A stretch of 64,000 nucleotides of DNA, taken from assembly GCA_963833225.1 (NCBI GenBank), contig CAWHXD010000008.1, positions 32,001 through 96,000 of the forward strand, written 5' to 3'. The position numbers and the translations under genes are program-made. Positions within the stretch are counted from its first letter, which is position 1; each line of letters begins with the position of its first letter. Of the stretch, positions 41,136 through 49,119 are shown piece after piece. The notes under the pieces were generated by a model. That model was not told where the DNA came from. It searched no databases and saw nothing but the letters and a program-made list of their open reading frames with translations. Source of the stretch: an uncultured Chloroflexia bacterium (GTDB lineage Bacteria; Chloroflexota; Limnocylindria; Limnocylindrales; CSP1-4).

Positions 41136-41174
41136 GCGCTGACCGTCCCAGGGCGCACGACGAGGGTCCCGGCG

Positions 41175-42002
41175 GTGAGGGCACGAGAACTCCGGCAGGC
41201 GGTCGGCCGTCCCGGGTTCACCGCTGCCCTCGGGCCCGCGGTGCTGCTGGTGGGTGCGCTCGTCCCGTCCCTCCGGCCCCCGACCGCCCTGCTCATCGTG
41301 TTCGGCTGGTTGATCCTCCTGCGGGTGGTGCGATCCCCTGCAGCGGTTGCCTGGGCCGCCGTGCTGCCGCTCGCCGTGGTCCTGGTCTGGCCATGGGTAC
41401 TGGGTGCCGACGTGCCGGTGGGGGATCCGGGCTGCCGTGACCCACTCGCGACCATCGCCGTGCGTCGCGTCGCCGTGGCTGCGGTCGGTCTCGTGCTTGT
41501 TGCCGGCCTTGCCATCATCCATCGCTCCGGGCTGACGGAGCTCGGGCTCCGCCGGCCAACACGGTTCGAGGCCGTCACCTCGGCGGGCGGTGGCGTCGCG
41601 CTTGTCGCGGCGGGCCTGTTCATCGGGCCGGCCATCGCCCGACCGTTCTTCGGCGAGCTCGACTTCCCCGTGCCGGCGGCCGCCCTTGTCCCCGCGGCCG
41701 CGTTCGGCGTCGCGAACGGCGTCCTGGAAGAGGTGCTGTACCGGGGGGCGCTCCAGGCATGGCTCGCGCGAACAGTTCCGATGGCCATCGCGATCGCCAT
41801 CGGGGCCGTGGCGTTCGGCATCGTGCACGTTGGTCCCGAGGTCGTCGACCTCGTCCCCGTGCACGTCGCGCTGCTGACGGGCGCAGGGCTCCTCGCCGGG
41901 CTGGCGCGGTGGCGTTTCGGGTCACTGTGGATCCCGATCGGCTTCCACGTCGGTGCGGACGTCGCCCTCTACGTCGGGCTGGCCTGCCGATCTGCCGGCT
42001 GA
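41175..42002 (+). CDS. CPBP (Abi/CAAX) family intramembrane metalloprotease
   Basis: EEVLYRG, FGIVH and HVGAD motifs with multiple TM segments; start position uncertain. Confidence 0.85.
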   Translation: MRARELRQAVGRPGFTAALGPAVLLVGALVPSLRPPTALLIVFGWLILLRVVRSPAAVAWAAVLPLAVVLVWPWVLGADVPVGDPGCRDPLATIAVRRVAVAAVGLVLVAGLAIIHRSGLTELGLRRPTRFEAVTSAGGGVALVAAGLFIGPAIARPFFGELDFPVPAAALVPAAAFGVANGVLEEVLYRGALQAWLARTVPMAIAIAIGAVAFGIVHVGPEVVDLVPVHVALLTGAGLLAGLARWRFGSLWIPIGFHVGADVALYVGLACRSAG

Positions 42003-42061
42003 ACCCACGGTGCGCGCCTCGGCGGCCGGACCGGGTGGGGGAGGGCCGGTGGGCCCGGCAG

Positions 42062-43059
42062 TCAGACCAGCCCCACCTCGAGGAGGACCTTGCCCCGCGC
42101 CAGGCCGTCGTCGACGCGGCGGAGCGCTTCGGCAACCTCCGACAATGGAAACCGGCTGTCGATGGCCGGCCGCAGGTGTCCCTCGAGCACGAGGCCGGTC
42201 AGCGTGGCGACGTCCGCCGCCAGGAACGGCTTCCACCACAGCATCATGCCGGTCCGCCGGCTGCCCGCGAGGCTGACCACGGGGCCGACCAGCATGGCAT
42301 CGACCAGCGAGCGGCTACTCCCGCCGAGGGTCACGTATCGCCCGCCGGGTCGCAGCGCGCGCCGCACGTGGAGCATCGAGTGGTGCGACTCCGCGGCCAG
42401 GATCCAGTCGTAGCGGATCCGTCCGTCGAACGCGTCGCGGGTGGTGTAGTCGATCACCTCGTCGGCGCCCATCGACCGGACGAAGTCCATCTTGGCGGCG
42501 CTGCACACGCCGGTGACCTCGGCGCCCATCCACTTCGCCAGCTGGATGGCAAACGGACCGACATTGCCCGAGGCGCCGTCGATCAGGACCCGCGAGCCAG
42601 CTCGCACCGTGGTGCCGTCACGCCCGCGCAACCCCTGGATGGCCAGGATCGCAGCGTGCGGCAATGTCGCGGCCATGTCGCTGCTGATCCCGTCGGGGAT
42701 CGGCTGGAAGGCTCGCTCCGGCGCGCACGCGTACTCGGCGAACGCCCCCGATCCGAAGGGGTACAGGTCCGCGAACACCCGGTCCCCGGGCTTGAACCGG
42801 GTCACCGCCGGCCCGACGGCGGCCACGGTTCCCGCGGCGTCGCTGCCGAGGCGCGGATCGCGCGGCCGGCGCGGCCCGAGGGCCAGCCGCATGATCCCGG
42901 GCTTGGGCCACATGAGATCGAGGTCGGCGCGGTTGACCGAGGCGGCCTCGACGCGAAGGAGCACCTCGTCGCCCTGGGCTCGGGGATGGCGACGGGCTCG
43001 ACCCTGACCACGTCCGGACCGCCGTACCGGTCACGGGTGACTGCCAGCATGCGTTCCAT
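42062..43059 (-). CDS. NAD(P)-dependent MDR/quinone oxidoreductase family protein, frameshift near 42970
   Basis: RYGGPDVV, AASVNRAD, GSDAAG, GAFAEY, GASGNVG, GADEVIDY and RGKV. Confidence 0.88.
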
Positions 43060-43111
43060 GGGGTCCATCATAGGCTCGGCGCAAGAAGGGTTGACGCCGG
43101 CGACTTGGCGT

Positions 43112-43135
43112 AGTATTACTGCGCTCAGTAATACT
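43112..43135. promoter_or_regulatory. Palindromic operator of the AbrB-VapC TA operon
   Basis: AGTATTACTG-CGCT-CAGTAATACT, a perfect 10-bp inverted repeat just upstream of the antitoxin RBS. Confidence 0.8.
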
Positions 43136-43146
43136 GGAGATGACCG

Positions 43147-43386
43147 ATGCGGATCACGTCAAAGGGGCAGGTGACCATTCCCCAGGACATCCGGGAGCGG
43201 GCGGGCTTCCTGCCCAACACGGACGTCGACTTCGTGCTCGATGGGGACCTCGTGTACCTCGTCAAGTCCTCGGAGCGGCGGCGTCCGACGCGGGGCGACA
43301 TGCTGATTGGTCATCTGCAGCGGCGCCGTGGCCGCATCACGATGACGACAGACGAGATCATGGCGCTCACGAGGGGCGATGAATGA
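43147..43386 (+). CDS. AbrB/MazE/SpoVT-family antitoxin
   Basis: MRITSKGQVTIPQDIRE; ATGA overlap with the PIN toxin. Confidence 0.92.
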   Translation: MRITSKGQVTIPQDIRERAGFLPNTDVDFVLDGDLVYLVKSSERRRPTRGDMLIGHLQRRRGRITMTTDEIMALTRGDE

Positions 43387-43790
43387 CCCCCATTCTCGTT
43401 GACAGCAACGTCCTGATCGACGTGCTCGACGAGCCCGGGCCCTGGACATCGTGGTCGACAGACGCCCTGCGCCAGGCGGCCAATCAGGCCGAGATCGTGA
43501 TCAACCCGATCGTGTTCGGGGAGGTCTCGATGGGCTTTCCGACGGTCGAAGCTGTCGACGACGCGCTTCCGCCCGCCTGGATCCGTCGAGAGGACATCCC
43601 GTACCCCGCGGCCTTCCTCGCAGGCCGGTGCTTCCTCGACTACCGCCGTCGCGGCGGGTCGCGGAGCACGCCGCTGCCGGATTTCTACATTGGCGCTCAC
43701 GCCGCCGTGGCCGGCTATCGCCTCCTGACCCGTGACGCCGCGCGGTATCGCACGTACTTTCCTCGGCTCAGCCTCATCTCACCGGAATGA
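43383..43790 (+). CDS. vapC: PIN-domain (VapC) toxin
   Basis: LVDSNVLID, E, PDFYIGAHA and LLTRD acidic PIN residues. Confidence 0.92.
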   Translation: MTPILVDSNVLIDVLDEPGPWTSWSTDALRQAANQAEIVINPIVFGEVSMGFPTVEAVDDALPPAWIRREDIPYPAAFLAGRCFLDYRRRGGSRSTPLPDFYIGAHAAVAGYRLLTRDAARYRTYFPRLSLISPE

Positions 43791-43829
43791 CCGCACACCG
43801 GTCCCAAGGGCTCTCCCAGTGCGATTGGC

Positions 43830-43857
43830 ACTTCCGATAAGGTAAGTTATGTCTCGC
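43830..43857 (+). other. dif-like XerC/XerD recombination site
   Basis: ACTTCCGATAA-GGTAAG-TTATGTCTCGC: 11-6-11 layout with the inner ATAA/TTAT inverted core, AT-rich in a high-GC background. Confidence 0.7.
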
Positions 43858-44747
43858 TATGTGCGCAGAACCGAGTGCAGAAAGCGCACGGCTCCTTCGA
43901 CCCGGGCCCGAATTAGGTTGAGGTGGGACATATCGAATACGCCCGACGAGCCGTGCGTACCGGCGTTGAATACCTTGAAGAGTTCAATCACCTCATCGAC
44001 GTCTGCTTCAGCGAATGCCGCGAGCGCTTCGGAGGGGCGGCCGGATCGGGCGAGGCAGTATCGAAGGCGAGCTCGTCGGGTTGGTCGGCCATCATGCGCG
44101 AGCGCAGCGTCCGGTTCCCACTGAAGGACCTCCACATCCGGTGCCTCCCGCTCAATGATCCTCGTGAGAATCTCCCTGGAGCTGGACGAGAAGTGGCGCG
44201 CCGCATCCGGGTTTCTTGGGCTGAGGGCAAAGAGCGCTCCGCGCCATCGGGTCGCAAGGTCCACCTCGAAGTCCGCCAAGCGCGCCTCGATCGCTGGGTC
44301 CGTCGCCGGCGCTGGATCGATGTCAGACCCCGGCCTGTCCGCACGCGCCAACGCCAGACTGTTCGAGGCTTCGTTCTGCGCTAGGTCGAGGATGTCAGGC
44401 CGGGACTCGAGCCAGGTGCCCATGGCGGCACTCTCGACCGCCTCGTAGCTCGCATGGAGACCTACAACCGCTCGGTAGTACGTGCTGGATCGCACCACAG
44501 TGCTGGGCGTGGACAGCTGCTGGAGCGAGGCTTTCAGCCTCCGACGGTTCTCGAGAACACGAGCGTTGTGGGCGCGAGCCTCGCGGTTGTAGGCATCCAC
44601 GCTCTGTCGGAGCTGGCGTTGTTGCTGTCGGACCTCGTCGTTGTGCCGCCTGACGGCTTGGTTGTACTTGTTGATCGCCTGCTGCTGACGCTGAGCTGCC
44701 TGCCGAAGCATCGAGGAATACTGACTAGGAGTCACTCGCCTGACCAC
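43857..44747 (-). CDS. Coiled-coil protein with C-terminal domain resembling predicted pPIWI-associated nuclease (HEPN-like)
   Basis: GALFALSPRNPDAARHFSSSSRE..APD..DGRPTRRARL..NAGTH pattern; family recalled from memory, not searched. Confidence 0.65.
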   Translation of the reverse strand: MVRRVTPSQYSSMLRQAAQRQQQAINKYNQAVRRHNDEVRQQQRQLRQSVDAYNREARAHNARVLENRRRLKASLQQLSTPSTVVRSSTYYRAVVGLHASYEAVESAAMGTWLESRPDILDLAQNEASNSLALARADRPGSDIDPAPATDPAIEARLADFEVDLATRWRGALFALSPRNPDAARHFSSSSREILTRIIEREAPDVEVLQWEPDAALAHDGRPTRRARLRYCLARSGRPSEALAAFAEADVDEVIELFKVFNAGTHGSSGVFDMSHLNLIRARVEGAVRFLHSVLRT

Positions 44748-44860
44748 GTTGCTGCTCCTGCATAGGCGGCTTGGTGTGGGGCGAATGGTACATCCGTTCT
44801 AACCACTTCGTCGAGGCGGCGGGAGGCGTGGATGAGAGTCCCTGCCGGCTGCGAGTGTTC

Positions 44861-45592
44861 CTACTCCGCGCCGTCCGGCGGCCCGGCCTCAGAGGGCGAC
44901 CCGCCATCCGAAGTTGGCGTCGCGGCTGCGCTGCGTCGATTTGCTCGCGCTGCCGCGCGCGCAGCCCGTTCCTGTTGCCACTCATCGAACCGCACCCGTA
45001 GGTCGTAGATGATCTCCATCAGAGCCTGAAGGAAATCGAGCGCGTACCGGGCGTCTCGGGCCGAGACGCGATCACCGGCGTGCGCTCCCTCGTTTCTGAC
45101 AATTCGCAGCCCATCGCCCCAGGTGCGCAACTCCTCGCTGATGGCACCCGCGTCGAGCATCTTCTTCAGGCCGTCGTGTATAGACCGAGACGAGGGATCG
45201 AAGTCGAGGCAGATGGCCTCCAGCGCTCGGCCCGCCATGGTGGCAACGGCGGTCCATGCCGTGGCCTCTTCGCAGCGAACAGCTTCGTCGTAACTGTGGC
45301 GCACATGCCTCGGCACCGCGAACGTGATGCGGCGGGCGTCGAATGGAAACTCGAGCACATACCTTGAAGTCTCGAAGGCGTTACTTTCCTCGTCGAACTC
45401 CCGCCGGAGGAGGAGCGGAAGAGAACACCCGGAGCAGACCGCATAGGTGAACTCCTCAGGATCGGACTCGCCGTCCCATCGGGTGTGCCGGCTGGCGACG
45501 CGGAACATTCGTGGTTGACCGCACTCTGGACACACATACGCCAGATCAGGCTTGCGCGGGGTGGCATCTTCGTCTGCGGAATCGTCAGGCAT
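44861..45592 (-). CDS. Zn-ribbon + DUF4145 (HEPN-like) protein
   Basis: CPEC..CSGC, YDEAVRC, GRALEAIC and RxxxxH motif RNEGAH; overlaps the mod stop by 8 nt. Confidence 0.85.
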   Translation of the reverse strand: MPDDSADEDATPRKPDLAYVCPECGQPRMFRVASRHTRWDGESDPEEFTYAVCSGCSLPLLLRREFDEESNAFETSRYVLEFPFDARRITFAVPRHVRHSYDEAVRCEEATAWTAVATMAGRALEAICLDFDPSSRSIHDGLKKMLDAGAISEELRTWGDGLRIVRNEGAHAGDRVSARDARYALDFLQALMEIIYDLRVRFDEWQQERAARAAARANRRSAAATPTSDGGSPSEAGPPDGAE

Positions 45593-48206
45593 CAGGTACG
45601 ACCTTCGAGGTTGCGACTACCTTCATGACCTCGTCGCCGTAGTGGTTGATGACCTTCACAGCCACCTTGCCGGTGCGGGGCCGCGGGAACGGACGGGAGA
45701 CGGTGGAGTTGATCGTGGCCCAGGCTTCATCGCTGATGTCGGCGCGGAGGGCGCGGCGGAGCTTGTCGTAGGGGTCGTCGGCGCCCGTGAAGTAGGCGTG
45801 GCGGACGAAGAAGGCGTCGCCGTCGTAGTTGGTGTCCAGGAACCAGGCGGCGATGTCGTCGACCGAGGAGGAGCGGAGCTCGCCGGTGGTGGGGTCATAG
45901 ACGTCGAGGCCGCGGATCTCCACCTGGAGCTGTCCTTCCCCCACCGGGCGGACGTCGATGTCGGGCTCGCCGAAGACCATGAACAGGTTGCCGGTGCCGG
46001 TCTTCTTGAGGAGCTCGTCCCCCATCGCGAGGTCGGGGTTCATGCGCGCCTGGAGGATGGTGAGGCGGCCGAGGGTGCTGGCCTCCTCCCCCGCCAGCGG
46101 GTCGAAGGCGAAGCCGCACACGACCAGCAGGTCCGCAAAGTGAACGGCCTCCTTGGCGGCGTCGCGGATGAGCTCGGGACCGACGGTGCCGAACTCGGGG
46201 CCGATGGCGATGGCGACGGTCCGCGCCTGGCCGGCCTCGGTGTACTCCCCCACTCCCTGGACGAAGACGCCGGGGTATGGGTCAAGGCGGAGGAACTCGA
46301 GGCGCTCCTTGCGCTTCGTGTTCTGGACGCCGGCGCGACGAAGGTTGTCGAGGATGCTGCCGATGAAGCGGCCGGCATCGACCGCGGCCGGGATCGCCTC
46401 GGCGGCGGGCACGTCCTCCGGGCCGTCGACGTTGACGCGGTGGGGCGACAGGCTCTCGACGGTGAAGGGACCCGAGACGCGGACGATCTTGCGGTCCTCG
46501 TACGGGCGGTCGAACAGGGTCTCGGTGTCCGCGTGGCGGGCGATGGCGGCGTCGATCTCCTCGCGGGTCATGCCCTCGTGGATGTCCGGGTTCTGGGCGA
46601 TCGACTTGAGGGTGACATGCGGGACGCGCTCGTACACGAAGCCGCGGCGGATGTCGTTGGTGGGTCGCTCAAGCGTTAGCGAGTGAGCCTGGCCGGTGAC
46701 GTCGGCCTCCTTGCGGATGCCGGCTTCGGAGTCGGCGAGGAGGTAGTACGGGAACTTTGCGGCCATCAAACGGGAACGGGCCAGCGCGAGCGCGACGCGG
46801 CTCGTGTCGATCGTGATCCAGCGGCGGCCCCACTGCTCGGCGACGTACGCGGTGGTGCCGGAGCCGCAGGTCGGGTCGAGGACGAGGTCACCGGGGTCTG
46901 TCGTCATAAGCACGCACCGCTCAGCAGCCTTCGTGCCGGTCTGAACGACATAGATCTTCTCATCAGTGAATTGACCGGTCGCTGTGTCATCCCACAGCTG
47001 AGTGATTGGCACGTATGGGAAGTCATCGATATAGCGCACGTATCGAATTGAGTTGGAAGCGAGGTGTAGCCGTCGCGCTGCCGCAATCCGCGCTAGTCCG
47101 ACGGCCGTCGTCTTCCATGGCCTTGTATAGGCCTTGCCTTCGTATTCGAATGAGAACTCGGGGTTGCCCTGTGAACTCATGTCAGCAGGTACGTACCGGC
47201 GCGATCCTGCAGGAAGCGCCATGGCTCCGATTCGCTCTTGGCTGGCCAGTCCTCGCCGCGATCCATCCGGGAACTCGATCCAGTTGTAGGTGTCGGCGGT
47301 TCCTTCGTCCGTCGACTTGACTCGATAAAGTTGGCGATACTTGGCAGCATCCTTGTCGCGTGCGTACCAGAGAATGAAGTCGAAGCGCGCGGCCAGGAAC
47401 GAACTCGCGAGCCCCGTCGTCTTGGCGAATGCGATGTGCGCGCACAAGTTCGAAGCGCCAAACACCTCGTCGAGAAGGCTACGAACGAGGTGCACGTTCT
47501 CGTCACCGATCTGCACGAAGAGCGAACCTGAATCGGTCAGCAACTCTCGTGCCACGGCTAGCCGATCGCGCAGGTACGCGAGGTACGAGTGGATCCCAAG
47601 TTCCCACGTGTCTCGATATGCGCGCACCTGTTCCGGTTGGCGCGTGAGGTCGGAGTCCTTCCCGTCCCGGACGTCGCGCTTACGCGTCGAGACCTGCCAG
47701 TTCGAGCCGAACTTGATCCCGTAGGGCGGATCGATATAGATGGTCTGGACCTGGCCCTTGAGGCCTTCCTTCTCGGCGAGGCTCGTCATCACCAGCAGCG
47801 AGTCGCCCAGGATCATTCGGTTGGACCACTTGCCGGGGTGTCGGTAGAACTCGACCTTCTCCTTGAACGTGAGGTCCGTGTACGGCGCGAAGAAGCCGAG
47901 CTGCTCCTCGGTTTGCCGGCCCTGGCTCTCGGCGCGGAGCTCCTCGACGAGCGCCAGTGGGTCGATGGTCTCCTGGATGTAGATCGGGACCGCGGGGACC
48001 TCCAGGTCGTGGCTGTCCTGCTCGTCCTTGCCCTTCCAGACGAGCTGCGGATCCAGATCCGGGTTCCGGGGGTAGCGCACGATCGCTGGCCTCTTCTCCT
48101 CGGGGCGGGCGAACGACTCGAGCTCGGCGGTGGGGATGTTGGAGCGCGTGTCGCCCGGGTGCGTGGTCGCCCGGACCGGCGTGCTCGGCCTAATCCTGTC
48201 AGCCAC
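45585..48206 (-). CDS. Type III RM DNA methyltransferase (Mod, beta class N6/N4)
   Basis: NRMILGDSL, YIDPPYGIKF, central TRD and VLDPTCGSGTT. Confidence 0.93.
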   Translation of the reverse strand: MADRIRPSTPVRATTHPGDTRSNIPTAELESFARPEEKRPAIVRYPRNPDLDPQLVWKGKDEQDSHDLEVPAVPIYIQETIDPLALVEELRAESQGRQTEEQLGFFAPYTDLTFKEKVEFYRHPGKWSNRMILGDSLLVMTSLAEKEGLKGQVQTIYIDPPYGIKFGSNWQVSTRKRDVRDGKDSDLTRQPEQVRAYRDTWELGIHSYLAYLRDRLAVARELLTDSGSLFVQIGDENVHLVRSLLDEVFGASNLCAHIAFAKTTGLASSFLAARFDFILWYARDKDAAKYRQLYRVKSTDEGTADTYNWIEFPDGSRRGLASQERIGAMALPAGSRRYVPADMSSQGNPEFSFEYEGKAYTRPWKTTAVGLARIAAARRLHLASNSIRYVRYIDDFPYVPITQLWDDTATGQFTDEKIYVVQTGTKAAERCVLMTTDPGDLVLDPTCGSGTTAYVAEQWGRRWITIDTSRVALALARSRLMAAKFPYYLLADSEAGIRKEADVTGQAHSLTLERPTNDIRRGFVYERVPHVTLKSIAQNPDIHEGMTREEIDAAIARHADTETLFDRPYEDRKIVRVSGPFTVESLSPHRVNVDGPEDVPAAEAIPAAVDAGRFIGSILDNLRRAGVQNTKRKERLEFLRLDPYPGVFVQGVGEYTEAGQARTVAIAIGPEFGTVGPELIRDAAKEAVHFADLLVVCGFAFDPLAGEEASTLGRLTILQARMNPDLAMGDELLKKTGTGNLFMVFGEPDIDVRPVGEGQLQVEIRGLDVYDPTTGELRSSSVDDIAAWFLDTNYDGDAFFVRHAYFTGADDPYDKLRRALRADISDEAWATINSTVSRPFPRPRTGKVAVKVINHYGDEVMKVVATSKVVPDA

Positions 48207-48480
48207 CGCTTACCCCTTGCTCATCTCGCGCGTGCCGTCGCACCCACAGCAGCCTCAGGGTGATGATCGCGACGTATCCGGCCCCAACCGCAATCAGGAG
48301 CGGCAGGGTGTGCCACAACCAGACCGCGTCATTCACCGTGGCCTGGGCGGCCTCGCAGGCGCTCGATCGACCCACCAGCCGCATGCACGGGAGGAGCATC
48401 GACGCGTCGCCAAGATCGAACAGCACGACCCACAGGGCTGCGAGCGTCCACAGTGCGATCGCCACCCCGAATGCCTTCAT
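48199..48480 (-). CDS. Small two-TM hypothetical protein between res and mod
   Basis: Two hydrophobic helices flanking a Cys pair; GGAGG upstream; stop overlaps the mod start by 8 nt. Confidence 0.6.
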   Translation of the reverse strand: MKAFGVAIALWTLAALWVVLFDLGDASMLLPCMRLVGRSSACEAAQATVNDAVWLWHTLPLLIAVGAGYVAIITLRLLWVRRHARDEQGVSGG

Positions 48481-48588
48481 CGCGTGGAGCCCTCCAGGGC
48501 GGGATCGTCTCTCGAGCAAGCATGTCTGCGTGAAGTGGTCGTGGCTACGGTCCGGCCGTGATCCGCGTCACGTGGCAGCCCGAGAAGG

Positions 48589-49119
48589 ATGCTGTTGCCA
48601 TCGACGGTAGTATCCGTGTCATCTCCGCACGGCGCCCCACTGGGCGTGAACGACGTGCGCACGCAACGCAACGTCCGCCGGCATGAGCCCGCGCCGCCCA
48701 TCGGCGGCGACCTGTCGTACTGGTCGACTGTGCCGCCTGGCGACGCGCGGCCAGGCCTGAGCGATCCCGATCCCAACGTGAGGCTCCGCGCCGCACTCCT
48801 GCCACCACACACGTGGCATGTCGACGGCATCGAGGCGTTCTGGATCGAGTCGGACGACGGGTCGGTCCTCAGCCTCGAGTTCCCTGACACGGGGCCGGCG
48901 TACGAGGCCGCCCGGCCCCTGCTGGTCGCGGCGGACAAGCCGGATGCCATTGCGCTCATCGGCCGTCGTCCTGACGGGCGCACCGTGGAGCTGATGCGCG
49001 GGGCCTTCCTCCTCAACATCGCCGAAGCCCACCTCGGGTTTCCGGCCCGATCCCGACGCCCGGACGCGATCCATCCCGTCACAGCTGAGCCTTCGCCGGT
49101 GCGAGGAAGCGACTCCTGA
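48589..49119 (+). CDS. Hypothetical protein
   Basis: Coding-like ORF filling the res-mod gap on the opposite strand and overlapping the res 3' end; start uncertain. Confidence 0.45.
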   Translation: MLLPSTVVSVSSPHGAPLGVNDVRTQRNVRRHEPAPPIGGDLSYWSTVPPGDARPGLSDPDPNVRLRAALLPPHTWHVDGIEAFWIESDDGSVLSLEFPDTGPAYEAARPLLVAADKPDAIALIGRRPDGRTVELMRGAFLLNIAEAHLGFPARSRRPDAIHPVTAEPSPVRGSDS

